Assembly (NCBI GenBank): GCA_003343885.1
Contig: QAKH01000079.1
Coordinates: forward strand, 60,607-124,606
Reading direction: 5' to 3'
DNA from: Clostridiales bacterium
GTDB lineage: Bacteria; Bacillota; Clostridia; Oscillospirales; CAG-382
Length of the DNA: 64,000 nt
Shown here: piece after piece, positions 36,961-46,220 of the stretch
How the letters are laid out: each line of letters starts with the position of its first letter
Position numbering within the stretch: the stretch's first letter is position 1
Notes under the pieces: model-generated
Databases searched by the model: none
The model's input: the letters and a program-made list of their open reading frames with translations, nothing else
Told to the model about the DNA's origin: nothing
Made by a program: the position numbers and the translations under genes

Positions 36961-37706
36961 AGAATAGGATATACACGGCTATCGGTCTCGACTTCGAGAC
37001 CGGAGGGCTTGATCCCGTGCGTTGCGCCTGTACGCAGATCGCCCTCGAAGCCATCCGGCTCGATACGCTGGAGGTGTTCGACCGTTATGCGGCTTATATC
37101 GCCCAGTACTGCAAGCAGGAGCTGGGTGCGGCCCGCCGCAAGGTGCTCCGCTCGAAGCACGAGCTGGCGCAGCCCACCGAGCGGATGGACTACGAGCCGC
37201 GAGCGCTTGAATATTCGGGCATCACGATGGAGCGTCTCGAAGCGCAGGGCGTCGATCTGAAAGAGGTCGCCGGGGCCGTGCTCCGCTTCGCCGAACGGGC
37301 GACGCTCAGCAAGGGCACACAGTGCAAGCCGGTACTCATCGGCCAGAATATCACCTTCGACATCGGCTTTCTTACGCAGCTGATGAGCTATGCCGGCCTT
37401 ACGAAGGAGTACGAGAAAACGTTTGCCGGAAAAACGGACTTCTATGGCAACTTCCAGCCTCTCTATCTGGATACGATCCTGCTGGCACGGCTGGCATTGG
37501 CCGCCGATACCGGAGTTACGTCCTACAAGCTGGAGCTGGTGGCCGAGCGGCTCGGTATCGAGCTCGACGACGCCCATGATGCCGGAGCCGACGTCGCGGC
37601 GACGCTTGAGATCGTCCGAGTCTGCGCGGCCCGTATGCGTAACAGTGAGGGCGCCGTGACAGAAACCGCCCCCAAGGAGAAGACCAGAAATCACTTTCTG
37701 ATATGA
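36942..37706 (+). CDS. dnaQ: DnaQ-like DEDDh 3'-5' exonuclease
   Basis: Exo I IGLDFETGGLD, Exo II LIGQNITFDIGFL and Exo III DAHDAGADVAAT. Confidence 0.8.
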   Translation: MAAPAVENRIYTAIGLDFETGGLDPVRCACTQIALEAIRLDTLEVFDRYAAYIAQYCKQELGAARRKVLRSKHELAQPTERMDYEPRALEYSGITMERLEAQGVDLKEVAGAVLRFAERATLSKGTQCKPVLIGQNITFDIGFLTQLMSYAGLTKEYEKTFAGKTDFYGNFQPLYLDTILLARLALAADTGVTSYKLELVAERLGIELDDAHDAGADVAATLEIVRVCAARMRNSEGAVTETAPKEKTRNHFLI

Positions 37707-38014
37707 CGAAGGAACAGAACGACAATGTAGTGCTCGGCCGCAATGAGCGGGGCGAGGAGACAATCACCTTCCGCGTGGAGGATCTCACGACTTATGGCGT
37801 GCTGGGGGCCGACGGCACCGAGTTCATGGCCGCGATCTCGGGCTACGGCCTCGATATCGCCTTCAACCTGAAACTCATCAACTCGCTGGCGGATGCCGAG
37901 GCGATGGCAGACGCCATGGCCGACGTCTTCTACGAAGCGCTCATGGCACAGCTTATAGACCGGAAACGGATACAGGTCAAACCTGCCGGGGCACAGGATC
38001 CTATTCTTGGATAG
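37703..38014 (+). CDS. Hypothetical acidic protein (103 aa)
   Basis: ATGA-coupled ORF between the exonuclease and the small terminase. Confidence 0.5.
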   Translation: MTKEQNDNVVLGRNERGEETITFRVEDLTTYGVLGADGTEFMAAISGYGLDIAFNLKLINSLADAEAMADAMADVFYEALMAQLIDRKRIQVKPAGAQDPILG

Positions 38015-38027
38015 AAGGCAAGATACA

Positions 38028-38570
38028 ATGAAACAGGACGAAATACAGGTTGTCGAAGCTGAAGCGGTGCATCTCGCGGCACTGGACGGGCCGCCGCAGC
38101 TTACCGAGGCGCAGGAGCGTTTCTGTCAATTCTACGTTTGCGGCGGCATGCAGTACGCCGGGCAGGCGGACAGGTGTTACCGCGAGGTGTTCGACATAAA
38201 GCATGGCGATACGGAGGCTGCGGCACGCCGCCTCGTGCATAACCCCGCCGTCATGGCACGCATCCGCGAACTCGGCACGGAGATGATCTCCGAAACGGAA
38301 AGCATCGCCGTCAAGATGCAGATAAGTCGCACGCTCCGCAACATACTGGAAGAGACGGCGACGGGCATCTACCGCGACCGCTTCGGCAACCCCCTCTCCC
38401 CAGCGCCCCTACGGGCCGTGGCCGTGAATGCCGCCAAGGCCCTTATGGAGATGTATCCCGTCAAGAACGGCGGCGAGGCGAAGTTCAAGATCGAAGGTAG
38501 CGACAACAACATCGTCTTCAATGTCATCGTGCCACGCATGGAAAACACCCCCACCCATGACGAGGGATAA
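38028..38570 (+). CDS. Terminase small subunit
   Basis: ATG at 38028 (the track start at 38007 is TTG). LTEAQERFCQFYVCGG...AGQADRCYREVF...AAARRLVHNPAVMARIRELG resembles the Terminase_2-type HTH N-terminus. Confidence 0.6.
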   Translation: MKQDEIQVVEAEAVHLAALDGPPQLTEAQERFCQFYVCGGMQYAGQADRCYREVFDIKHGDTEAAARRLVHNPAVMARIRELGTEMISETESIAVKMQISRTLRNILEETATGIYRDRFGNPLSPAPLRAVAVNAAKALMEMYPVKNGGEAKFKIEGSDNNIVFNVIVPRMENTPTHDEG

Positions 38571-38739
38571 GGGCGGAAGGAGACGCAGATGCTCCCGCCG
38601 CGACGTCGAGAGGATCGTGTACCTGGTACTGATCGTCCTTGCGGCGCTATACGGACTCGTAAACAGCGAGGCCGCCGTGAGCCTGCTGGGGGCCATTAAA
38701 GACGCCTTTTCACTATTGATAAATACCGCGACACCATGA
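38557..38739 (+). CDS. Small single-pass membrane protein (60 aa; holin-like by size only)
   Basis: Internal Met of the listed ORF. It has a basic N-terminus and then the TM helix IVYLVLIVLAALYGLV. It overlaps both neighbouring genes. Confidence 0.4.
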   Translation: MTRDKGGRRRRCSRRDVERIVYLVLIVLAALYGLVNSEAAVSLLGAIKDAFSLLINTATP

Positions 38740-39038
38740 GCGCTACAACCGAAAAATTCAGAAAATTCGTGGAGGACAACTTCAAAATCATCGTTACCGT
38801 GCTGGCTTTTTTCGTAACGATGTACGTGCAGCACACCAACAACACGGCCCGCATCGCCGAACTGCAGGGCAAGTGTGTCGATCTGGAGACCAAAATCGCC
38901 GATCAGTACGACCGTATCAACGCCATCAAGCTCGACAAGGCCGTATTCGAGGCTACTATGACACAGTTTACCTCCATACAGTACGACCTGCGCGAGATGC
39001 GGGCCGACATCAAGGAACTGCTTAAAAACAAACAGTAA
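38736..39038 (+). CDS. Membrane-anchored coiled-coil protein (100 aa)
   Basis: TM helix IIVTVLAFFVTMYV followed by a heptad-like helix. ATGA-coupled. Confidence 0.5.
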   Translation: MSATTEKFRKFVEDNFKIIVTVLAFFVTMYVQHTNNTARIAELQGKCVDLETKIADQYDRINAIKLDKAVFEATMTQFTSIQYDLREMRADIKELLKNKQ

Positions 39039-39039
39039 A

Positions 39040-39258
39040 ATGAAAAACGTTACGGACAGAGTGAGGGTCGTCCCCTCCGTAGAATTGAGCGACATGCGGC
39101 TTTCGGGCCTGGCAGGGCGTTGCGGCACGGTGACCGAGCAGGTGCTGGCCGTTCCCGGCCGGCTGATCGGCTGTATGGTGCTGCTCGACAAGCCTTTCCA
39201 GAATGAGCACCTGTGGTTCATACCCCAAGACGCCCTCGAAGATGAAGCGGACCGTTAA
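39040..39258 (+). CDS. Hypothetical small protein (72 aa)
   Basis: ATG ORF 1 nt after the upstream stop. Confidence 0.45.
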   Translation: MKNVTDRVRVVPSVELSDMRLSGLAGRCGTVTEQVLAVPGRLIGCMVLLDKPFQNEHLWFIPQDALEDEADR

Positions 39259-39838
39259 TCGCATGCTGCTCGTCGCAGTGGGGCTCCTCCTGCTCGCCAC
39301 GGGCGTCCTGTGGCAGCGCAACGCTTACCTCAAGGAGGAACGGAACCGCTATCGGAGCAATACCGAAGCACTGCTCTCGGACATGAAGCGCATACGCATC
39401 GACTCGACAACGCTCGCCGTGGATGCGAACACACTGCGGCTGCGGATCGACGAGTATAAGCGCCTGCGGGCTGAGGATGCCGAGAAAATCCGAAGACTCG
39501 GCGTGAAAGTCAAAAACCTCGAAGCTGCGGCGCGCCACGAAATCGAGATTACCGGGCCGATAGATGCAGTGGTACGCGATACGGTGGTCATACGGGATAC
39601 CGTACCGATATTACGTCAGAAAGTGGAGATGATAACGCCTCATATCCAACTGGCGGGGCTTATCGAGAACGGACGTCTGAAAGGTGAAATCCGTGTGCCT
39701 GTAACGCTGCGGCAGGCCGTGTGGGTCGAATATAAGGGCTGGTGGTTCTGGCGTAGAGTGAAAGCCATACACCAGACCATAGCCGGGGATAACCCATATG
39801 TCGATATCCGATACTCGGAATATATCCGAATCGAGTGA
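39242..39838 (+). CDS. Membrane-anchored coiled-coil protein (198 aa; possible spanin/lysis accessory)
   Basis: The Met at 39242 gives a signal-anchor (MLLVAVGLLLLATGVLW) followed by a long charged helix. It is the last phage-like gene. Confidence 0.5.
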   Translation: MKRTVNRMLLVAVGLLLLATGVLWQRNAYLKEERNRYRSNTEALLSDMKRIRIDSTTLAVDANTLRLRIDEYKRLRAEDAEKIRRLGVKVKNLEAAARHEIEITGPIDAVVRDTVVIRDTVPILRQKVEMITPHIQLAGLIENGRLKGEIRVPVTLRQAVWVEYKGWWFWRRVKAIHQTIAGDNPYVDIRYSEYIRIE

Positions 39839-39935
39839 TTTTCCAAAATTCTTTACTACCTTTGTTTCACTAAATAATTATACAAGAACCGGAAAGACGA
39901 AAGAATTGACATAAGATAGCTTTTAGCTGTTTATT

Positions 39936-40063
39936 CCAGATCTGAAAATCGCCAACTTCAACTTACGGGAATAGACAAGCGGGGCTCGTGTATTGCACTA
40001 TTATCGTGCGGCACGAGCTTGACTTGTTCCATAAGTGGGTGTTTGGCGATACCTCGGATCTGG
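39936..40063. ncRNA. Candidate structured RNA or recombination site: 128-nt imperfect extended hairpin
   Basis: Nested complementary segments: ccagatc/gatctgg, tcgccaac/gtttggcga, actta/taagt, gga/tcc, acaag/cttgt and gctcgtg/cacgagc. A T-rich run at 40086..40095 follows. It is non-coding and lies at the phage/non-phage junction. The strand is undetermined. Confidence 0.35.
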
Positions 40064-40115
40064 ACAATGTCGGGTTCGTGCTTTCTTATTTTTTTAATTC
40101 GTTGTTCTATAACGT

Positions 40116-40754
40116 ATGCCGGCAAAATCCAATAGCACTCCCGCGGAGCGATTGAAAATAGTCATAGAAAATGCAGGGATGAGTACATACGCACTATCTC
40201 GTCATATAGGGTTTCAGCGTCCGGAAAATCTCTATCAGATCTTGCGCGGAAAATGCGGGATCAGCAAGAATATGGCAAATATCATTCATCAGAAATTTCC
40301 GCGATATTCTATCGACTGGCTTATTTACGGCGACAACGATTCTCAAGAAACTCTTCACGATAACATTGTCCGTATTCCGCTTTATAACAATTATGAAACG
40401 ATGTTATTCCCGCCGGTTCTTCCAGCGGACGAAATACTTATATTTTCTTCGACTCTTGCCGCAAATGCGCAGATAGCCATCACATATGCCGATGAGCGGT
40501 TCAACCCGGATTCTCGCAAATCTGTATTATTATTACGAAAGAAGGCTGTGGCAGAGGAAATTTGTTATGGGAATATGTACTTCATCGTTGCCGATCATCT
40601 GCGCCTTGTGCGTCGTGTATACAAATCTCCCGGGAATTCGAAGCGACTCCGATTAGCCGTCTCGCCAGAAACCGCCGCCGATGATACAACGATCGAGCGA
40701 ATACAAATTCGTTCGATGTGGATTGTTTGCACGGTTATCAGTCGTATGATCTGA
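40116..40754 (+). CDS. XRE-type HTH regulator with a LexA/S24-like C-terminal domain (repressor-like)
   Basis: The N-terminus has an HTH (MSTYALSRHIGFQRPENLYQILRGKCGISKNMANII). The C-terminal beta-rich part (MYFIVADHLRLVRRVYKSPGNSKRLRLAVSPE) resembles the S24 fold, but no GDSM-type Ser motif is seen. Confidence 0.55.
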   Translation: MPAKSNSTPAERLKIVIENAGMSTYALSRHIGFQRPENLYQILRGKCGISKNMANIIHQKFPRYSIDWLIYGDNDSQETLHDNIVRIPLYNNYETMLFPPVLPADEILIFSSTLAANAQIAITYADERFNPDSRKSVLLLRKKAVAEEICYGNMYFIVADHLRLVRRVYKSPGNSKRLRLAVSPETAADDTTIERIQIRSMWIVCTVISRMI

Positions 40755-40912
40755 AAGCCGAATGCTTCCCTCCTGCTACATCACGGGTAAAATTTCAATG
40801 GCATATGAAGAAAAAATCCACGGGAAGCATCTGATACTAAAATATTGAAGCATATTCGATCCGTTGAAAAACGGAACACGCGAGGCCACTTCTCCGGCAT
40901 GCCATAGAAAAT

Positions 40913-41623
40913 TCAATCGAATTCGTTGACGCCGACCCCCAAGTATTGGCAAGCCTTTTTCTTGCTGATTCCATCTTTGATCATACGTTCGTAACTCTCC
41001 CGCTTTTGGTTGTGCCCCTCGATTCGGTCGAACAACATCCCGACCAATATATCCACTGCTTCCGAAAAGGCCGCTTCACCTTCGGGGGTGTTAAAATCGA
41101 TCTTACAAAAAGGGGCTCGCTCCCTGTGCAAGATCAAATAATAGACACCCGAAATCAGCAGGGCAATAACGCCGCGGATATTGATATGGGCAGACTTGAA
41201 CAGGACATCGTAATATTCGACCAGATTCAGGTTCATCAGATCTCTTATCTGAGCCGTTCTTCTGGTCGTATCATTATCCGTAGACATTTCCCAGAGCAAT
41301 AACTTCTGCATGACGGCATTATTGCATAACTCTTTGTACAGTGTCTTCAGTGTTTTCGCAAAAAACGACTTGGGGCCCAAATCGCTTAGCTCCGACATCT
41401 TGATCGTGTCGTTGATCCAGAAGTCGTATCTTTGGGCTAACTTGTCATAAAGATTGTCGATAGAGCCATAGCGTCTATAAAAGACGGGAGGCTCCAAACT
41501 GGCATTGGCCATCAGTTCCGTTACAAGCACTTTGTCGAATCCGTTTCGGATGACCAATTTCTCGAGCTCGGTCATGACGGCATTGTCTATTTCAGCATTC
41601 GTGCGTCTCACCCTCCCTGCCAT
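40913..41623 (-). CDS. TetR/AcrR-family transcriptional regulator
   Basis: N-terminal TetR HTH pattern (IDNAVMTELEKLVIRNGFDKVLVTELMANASLEPPVFYRRYGSIDNLY) followed by a helical ligand-domain-sized remainder. Confidence 0.8.
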   Translation of the reverse strand: MAGRVRRTNAEIDNAVMTELEKLVIRNGFDKVLVTELMANASLEPPVFYRRYGSIDNLYDKLAQRYDFWINDTIKMSELSDLGPKSFFAKTLKTLYKELCNNAVMQKLLLWEMSTDNDTTRRTAQIRDLMNLNLVEYYDVLFKSAHINIRGVIALLISGVYYLILHRERAPFCKIDFNTPEGEAAFSEAVDILVGMLFDRIEGHNQKRESYERMIKDGISKKKACQYLGVGVNEFD

Positions 41624-41795
41624 TTTGTATAATCCGATTTATAGTTATAATGAATGTATGTATAATTCCGCCTCAAAAATAGTGAAAAATGGATGGCATG
41701 GCAAGAATTTATTTCTGTTTGCGGTTAATTGCAATCAAGACCGCATCGAACATTCTTGCTCTTCCTACAGTTTAGATCAATGATAAGGATGTAAC

Positions 41796-41833
41796 AAAAG
41801 AGAGACGGGAATTCAGTTCTCGTTCTCTCTTTT
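41796..41833 (-). terminator. Terminator-like hairpin downstream of the PLP-enzyme gene
   Basis: aaaagagagacg ... cgttctctctttt forms an inverted repeat about 45 nt after the stop at 41878 on the - strand. Confidence 0.45.
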
Positions 41834-41877
41834 ATTCGTCGTTATATCATGGCTGCTTCGATGGTGGGTAGTCGAGT

Positions 41878-43083
41878 TTAGATAATCCCGTATTTTTTAC
41901 CTGTTTCGTAAAAGACATCGAGCAAGCGATCGCAATCTTCTTGAGTGTGGCATGACATCACGCCGATTCGGATACGACACATCTTGGGAGGAACGACCGG
42001 CGGGAAGATCGCATTTACAAATATTCCCCGGTCGTAAATATCTTTTATCAGATCAGTCAGCACATACTCATCGCCTATGATTACGGGAATGATGGGTGTA
42101 ACAGAATGTAATGTATTGAATCCCATCTCATTCAATCGTGAACGTACATAATTATGATTCCGGTCGAGCGCTTCTCTTTGTTCCGGATGTCTCTTGAAAT
42201 CCTGCAACACTTCGTATGCGGCAGCGCATACACTTTGAGGAAGGGCCGTCGAGTACATGTTGCTCCGTGCATAAACTCTCAGGTAATCGATGATTTTCTG
42301 ACTTGCCGTGATGAATCCGCCGACTGTCCCGATCGCCTTGCTCAAGGTGCCGGTCACGATGATGTTATCACGCTCTGTGATACCGAAATGACTCAAGGTG
42401 CCAGCGCCCCCGTCCCCGATAATACCTGTCGCATGTGCATCGTCGATCAATAAGAGCGCATTGTATTTCTTTGCAAGGCGCAGCAATTCCGGCAGATTCG
42501 CAAGGTCTCCGTCCATGCTGAATACGCCATCGGTAACAATCATGATTCCGTATGGATATTGTTCCGCATTCTGCGAAAGAATCTTTTCCAGAGAGCGCAT
42601 GTCGCTATGAAGGTAGCGTGTCATTTTCGCTCCCGACATCAATGCTCCGTCGATGAGGCTCGCGTGGTTCAGCTTATCGAATACCAATAAATTATTCGAA
42701 CCGACCAAACCTACCAAGGCTCCAATATTGGCCGTGAAGCCGGAGGAAAACAAGATCGTATCGTCAAATCCGAGCAATTGCGAAATTTCTTTCTCCAATT
42801 TATTCTGATAATCCGATGTTCCGCTCAACAAAGGTACTCCGCCCGTACCTATGCCGCATTGCTGGATTACTTCGGCAGCTTTCTTGACCGCCGCCGGGCA
42901 AATCGTTGCATTCAGATAGCTGTTAGAGCCGAACATCAGCATCTTGTTTACCTGACCGGTATGCCTGTCCAAAATTTCGACTTCTCGATCACATGCGGAA
43001 ATCATGGGGGATCGGGCATATATATTCAGCCCCATTCTTTCATGCTCTTTGAAATGCGATTGAAAATTTTCAATCTTCGCCAT
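41878..43083 (-). CDS. Alpha-oxoamine synthase family PLP enzyme (Spt / BioF / KBL / cysteate-acyltransferase-like)
   Basis: FGSNSYL, SGFTANIG, DDAHATG and the PLP-lysine motif GTLSKAIG occur in family order. The Met at 43083 (MAKIENF) is preferred over the one at 43140. The specific subfamily cannot be assigned by eye. Confidence 0.85.
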   Translation of the reverse strand: MAKIENFQSHFKEHERMGLNIYARSPMISACDREVEILDRHTGQVNKMLMFGSNSYLNATICPAAVKKAAEVIQQCGIGTGGVPLLSGTSDYQNKLEKEISQLLGFDDTILFSSGFTANIGALVGLVGSNNLLVFDKLNHASLIDGALMSGAKMTRYLHSDMRSLEKILSQNAEQYPYGIMIVTDGVFSMDGDLANLPELLRLAKKYNALLLIDDAHATGIIGDGGAGTLSHFGITERDNIIVTGTLSKAIGTVGGFITASQKIIDYLRVYARSNMYSTALPQSVCAAAYEVLQDFKRHPEQREALDRNHNYVRSRLNEMGFNTLHSVTPIIPVIIGDEYVLTDLIKDIYDRGIFVNAIFPPVVPPKMCRIRIGVMSCHTQEDCDRLLDVFYETGKKYGII

Positions 43084-43374
43084 AATGTTGCCGCCCGGGC
43101 TCGTTTTACACGCTGCGTAGTCGATTTTGAAGCTCTTCATATGAATATTGATGATGGATTAAACCCCTATATTGATATTCGTATTATGCATAACGTTGTT
43201 TTGTATATACAAATATATAATATTTATTTTAACACATATCCAATAAGTCTATATTTTTTTTGCTTGGCAATTCAAATTCGCTGGTAAGCGGCAAAATACG
43301 AGCGAAATCATATTCCGGAAATATTTTCACTCATTTTTTTAGATAAATAAATTGAATCTAAAATGTTTTTTGTA

Positions 43375-43382
43375 TATATTTG
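43375..43382 (+). promoter_or_regulatory. Candidate -7 box (TATATTTG) upstream of the rSAM gene
   Basis: It fits TAnnTTTG and lies about 60 nt before the ATG at 43444, within a 300-nt AT-rich divergent intergenic region. The -33 element is weak (ATTG). Confidence 0.35.
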
Positions 43383-43443
43383 TTGTGGGCTAATGGCTAT
43401 CTATACGATTCAGATCCTCTGAAGGGTTGCGAAAGTATCGGAT

Positions 43444-44766
43444 ATGAGTTCGGATACGGTGTACAGTACCGGGTGGAATTTATTAAATGTGAGCACGAGT
43501 ATGGATAATCGGCGAATTTTGAATGATCGACGTATTACACGTGATGAAGTTCTATCTTCATTGGTCAATTTGCGTCAATTAACCTTTGAGGTTACCGATG
43601 CATGTAACCTGCAATGCAAGTATTGCGGGTACGGCGACTTATATTTCGGGTACGACAAACGCGAAACGAAATTTCTGGCATTCGAACAAGGCAGGATCCT
43701 TCTCGATTATCTCGTGTCTTTGTGGCGCACATGTCCAGCACATTCTGCCGCACCGCGAACTTATCTCAGTTTTTATGGCGGAGAACCGTTGATGAACATG
43801 GATTTCATCACGCGCATGGTCGATTATGTCGAAAAACTCGATGTGCATAGAAATTTCAATTTTTCGATGACGACCAACGCCATGTTGCTCGATCGCTATA
43901 CGGACTATCTTGTCGAGAAGCGTTTTCACTTGTTGATCAGTCTCGATGGCGATAAATATGGACAAAGTTACAGGGTAACTCATGACGGGAAGAATTCGTT
44001 CGATCGGGTCTATAAAAACGTAAAGGACCTACAGGCGAAATATCCGGACTATTTTACCCGATATGTAGAATTCAATGCCGTGCTTCATAACCGCAACAGC
44101 GTTGCCCGAACACATGATTTCATCATGCGCGAATTCGGGAAGAAACCGACCATATCGGAACTGAACAATTCGGGGATTCGTCCTGATAAGGTGGAGGAGT
44201 TCCAGCAAACCTACCGGAACATGATCGAGAGTTTGCACGAATCGGAAAACTACGAAAAACTTGCTGAAGAGATGTTTGTGGCAGAACCTAATACACATGA
44301 TTTGCTATTGTATTTGCACCAATACAGCGGGAACGTGTTCAGGGACTACAACAGCCTTTTCCTGGACGAATCCAAACTGCACTACACTCCAACGGGAACC
44401 TGTTCTCCATTCAGTAAGAAACTGTTCGTTACGGTCAATGGCAAAATTCTGCAATGCGAGCGCATAGATCATAAATTCGCTCTCGGACAGTTATCTGCAA
44501 ATGGAGTTTCCCTCGACTTGGATGCTATCGTAGCACGATTCAATGGCTATCTGGAGAAACTGCAACGTCAGTGTTCGCTCTGTTACAGGAAAAGAAGTTG
44601 TATTCAGTGTATGTACTATATTGAGGATCTGGACGCGACACAACCAATCTGCCGCGGCTATATGAACCAAGAGACATTCGAACAGTATTCGTCGTATTGT
44701 TTGGCTCATCTCGCCCGTCATCCGCATTTGTACAAGAAGTTGATGGAAGATGTTTTGATAGACTAA
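43444..44766 (+). CDS. Radical SAM/SPASM peptide maturase (GG-Bacteroidales type)
   Basis: CNLQCKYC (CxxxCxxC) lies in FEVTDACNLQCKYCGYG. C-terminal SPASM-like Cys clusters are present (CSPFSKKLFVTVNGKILQCE; CSLCYRKRSCIQCMY). GG-leader precursor genes sit adjacent. Confidence 0.85.
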   Translation: MSSDTVYSTGWNLLNVSTSMDNRRILNDRRITRDEVLSSLVNLRQLTFEVTDACNLQCKYCGYGDLYFGYDKRETKFLAFEQGRILLDYLVSLWRTCPAHSAAPRTYLSFYGGEPLMNMDFITRMVDYVEKLDVHRNFNFSMTTNAMLLDRYTDYLVEKRFHLLISLDGDKYGQSYRVTHDGKNSFDRVYKNVKDLQAKYPDYFTRYVEFNAVLHNRNSVARTHDFIMREFGKKPTISELNNSGIRPDKVEEFQQTYRNMIESLHESENYEKLAEEMFVAEPNTHDLLLYLHQYSGNVFRDYNSLFLDESKLHYTPTGTCSPFSKKLFVTVNGKILQCERIDHKFALGQLSANGVSLDLDAIVARFNGYLEKLQRQCSLCYRKRSCIQCMYYIEDLDATQPICRGYMNQETFEQYSSYCLAHLARHPHLYKKLMEDVLID

Positions 44767-44778
44767 ATTGCGAATCCC

Positions 44779-45996
44779 ATGAAACAGAAACTTACGCTTT
44801 CTCCCGATACATTTCTTTGGCGAAAAGGAACGGAAGGCTTGTTATACGAGTCGGCGCGAGAAACCATGTTCCATTTCAACGTAACGGATTCGATCAGAGA
44901 ATTATGCCGAGTATTCGAGGATTATGATAATTTGTATTCCGCATCGTTCGATCCGGAAACTCTCGATAATGATGCACGGTCATTCATCAATGAAATCACA
45001 ACCCGGGGATTCGGCCGGATTACATCTTCTGAAACTCCGATTATTTCTCTGCCGCCGATGCTCAATATTCAGCACGACATCAAACGGCTGAAGAAGGATC
45101 CGGAGCGTGAGATCGGAGAAAATGTTTTGGAATATCTGTCTTCTTTAACCATATACATCGGAGGTCTATGTTGTAACAAGTCTTATTTCAAACAGATTAT
45201 TTATCCGATCTGTTCGGAGGAGCATCTGAGCAGTGAAACGATTGTTCGATTCTTGGACAAAGTATGGACTCCGTCGCTGCAGAGAATCAATTTGGTCGTT
45301 TCGGATGTTACCGATCGAGAGATCATCCAGATGGAGCAACGTTTGAAGGCATATAAAGAACAAATCGTATTCTATGTTCTCTATGCGGGTTTACATGATA
45401 AAACAACTGCGCCATATACGCTCGCTAAAGCCGGATATAGGGTACGTTTCATCTGCGAACAGCCAGACAATGTGCCGAAGGCATTCGACATGGAAAAGCC
45501 GATGGAAAAAGAACAGCGGTTGTCGCTCCCGTTCGGATACGATTTAATCGTCCGGAACGACCGCGAATACAGAGAATGGAGTGAACTGGTGGAAAAACTT
45601 GAAGTGAAAGACTTTGCAATGGTTCCGGTATATGACGATAACAAGGAATTTTTCGACTGCAACGTATTCCTTTCCGAAGCGGACATTAAACAAATCCGAT
45701 TGTCCCGTCGCGAAATTTTCGCTCACCAGGCAGTCAATATCGAAGCATTCGGTAATTTGATAGTAATGCCTGACGGCCGGATTTATTCGGATGTAACGGC
45801 GCCGTCTCTCGGGACGATCGACGATTCGATATACGATCTAATCGTCCGTGAATTGCAAGAGAATTATGCATGGCGAAAAATTCGCGACTCCGAATCCTGC
45901 AAGAATTGCGTTTATCAGTGGTTATGTCCGTCGCCGTCGCCATATGAACGAGCCACCGGGAAAAAGACGGTTTGTACGTTCCGAGAAAACGGATGA
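44779..45996 (+). CDS. Pseudo-rSAM / SPASM-remnant protein (paralogue lacking CxxxCxxC)
   Basis: 405 aa directly after the maturase. No CxxxCxxC is present. The C-terminal CKNCVYQWLCPSP is a SPASM-like remnant. It matches my recollection of the pseudo-rSAM partner family of GG-Bacteroidales systems. Confidence 0.65.
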   Translation: MKQKLTLSPDTFLWRKGTEGLLYESARETMFHFNVTDSIRELCRVFEDYDNLYSASFDPETLDNDARSFINEITTRGFGRITSSETPIISLPPMLNIQHDIKRLKKDPEREIGENVLEYLSSLTIYIGGLCCNKSYFKQIIYPICSEEHLSSETIVRFLDKVWTPSLQRINLVVSDVTDREIIQMEQRLKAYKEQIVFYVLYAGLHDKTTAPYTLAKAGYRVRFICEQPDNVPKAFDMEKPMEKEQRLSLPFGYDLIVRNDREYREWSELVEKLEVKDFAMVPVYDDNKEFFDCNVFLSEADIKQIRLSRREIFAHQAVNIEAFGNLIVMPDGRIYSDVTAPSLGTIDDSIYDLIVRELQENYAWRKIRDSESCKNCVYQWLCPSPSPYERATGKKTVCTFRENG

Positions 45997-46003
45997 GTTT
46001 CAT

Positions 46004-46097
46004 GTTCGGGCTTGCCATCCGAATATGAAGAGCCACCCCGCGAGGAAGCAAAACCGAGTGCGACAGCCAATAAGTTTAACTAAAACACAGAAAGGCA
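46004..46097 (+). repeat. Precursor-upstream element, copy 1 (two hairpins plus 50-nt core at 46048..46097)
   Basis: Core gcaaaaccgagtgcgacagccaataagtttaactaaaacacagaaaggca. It ends 123 nt before the ATG at 46221 and starts 8 nt after the upstream stop. Confidence 0.85.
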
Positions 46098-46220
46098 TCA
46101 AGAGACGAAACAATTCTCCGGATTTCGGAATAGGATTTGGCGAACGACGGATACGGACACTCCGTCGCAGGACAAAAATCCGATAAAAATCTGTTGTATA
46201 AAACTTAAAACTCGAGAACC

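Larger units (their letters stand above)
1..39838. mobile_element. Partial tailed-phage/prophage genome (tail-baseplate-fibre module, replication module, small terminase, small membrane proteins); the left end runs off the window
   Basis: Tightly packed co-directional genes with overlapping stop/start codons and phage hallmark motifs (tape measure, gpD-like hub, fibres, gp32-like SSB, SbcCD, TerS). No integrase, TerL, portal or capsid gene is in the window. The right boundary is inferred only from where phage-like genes end and composition changes. Confidence 0.8.

Noticed and set aside
39936-40063. tRNA, SRP RNA or 6S RNA identity for the boundary hairpin
   Set aside because: There is no cloverleaf or T-loop (GTTCRA) sequence. 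There is no SRP domain-IV GNRA tetraloop/AGCA motif. The length is too short for 6S RNA.
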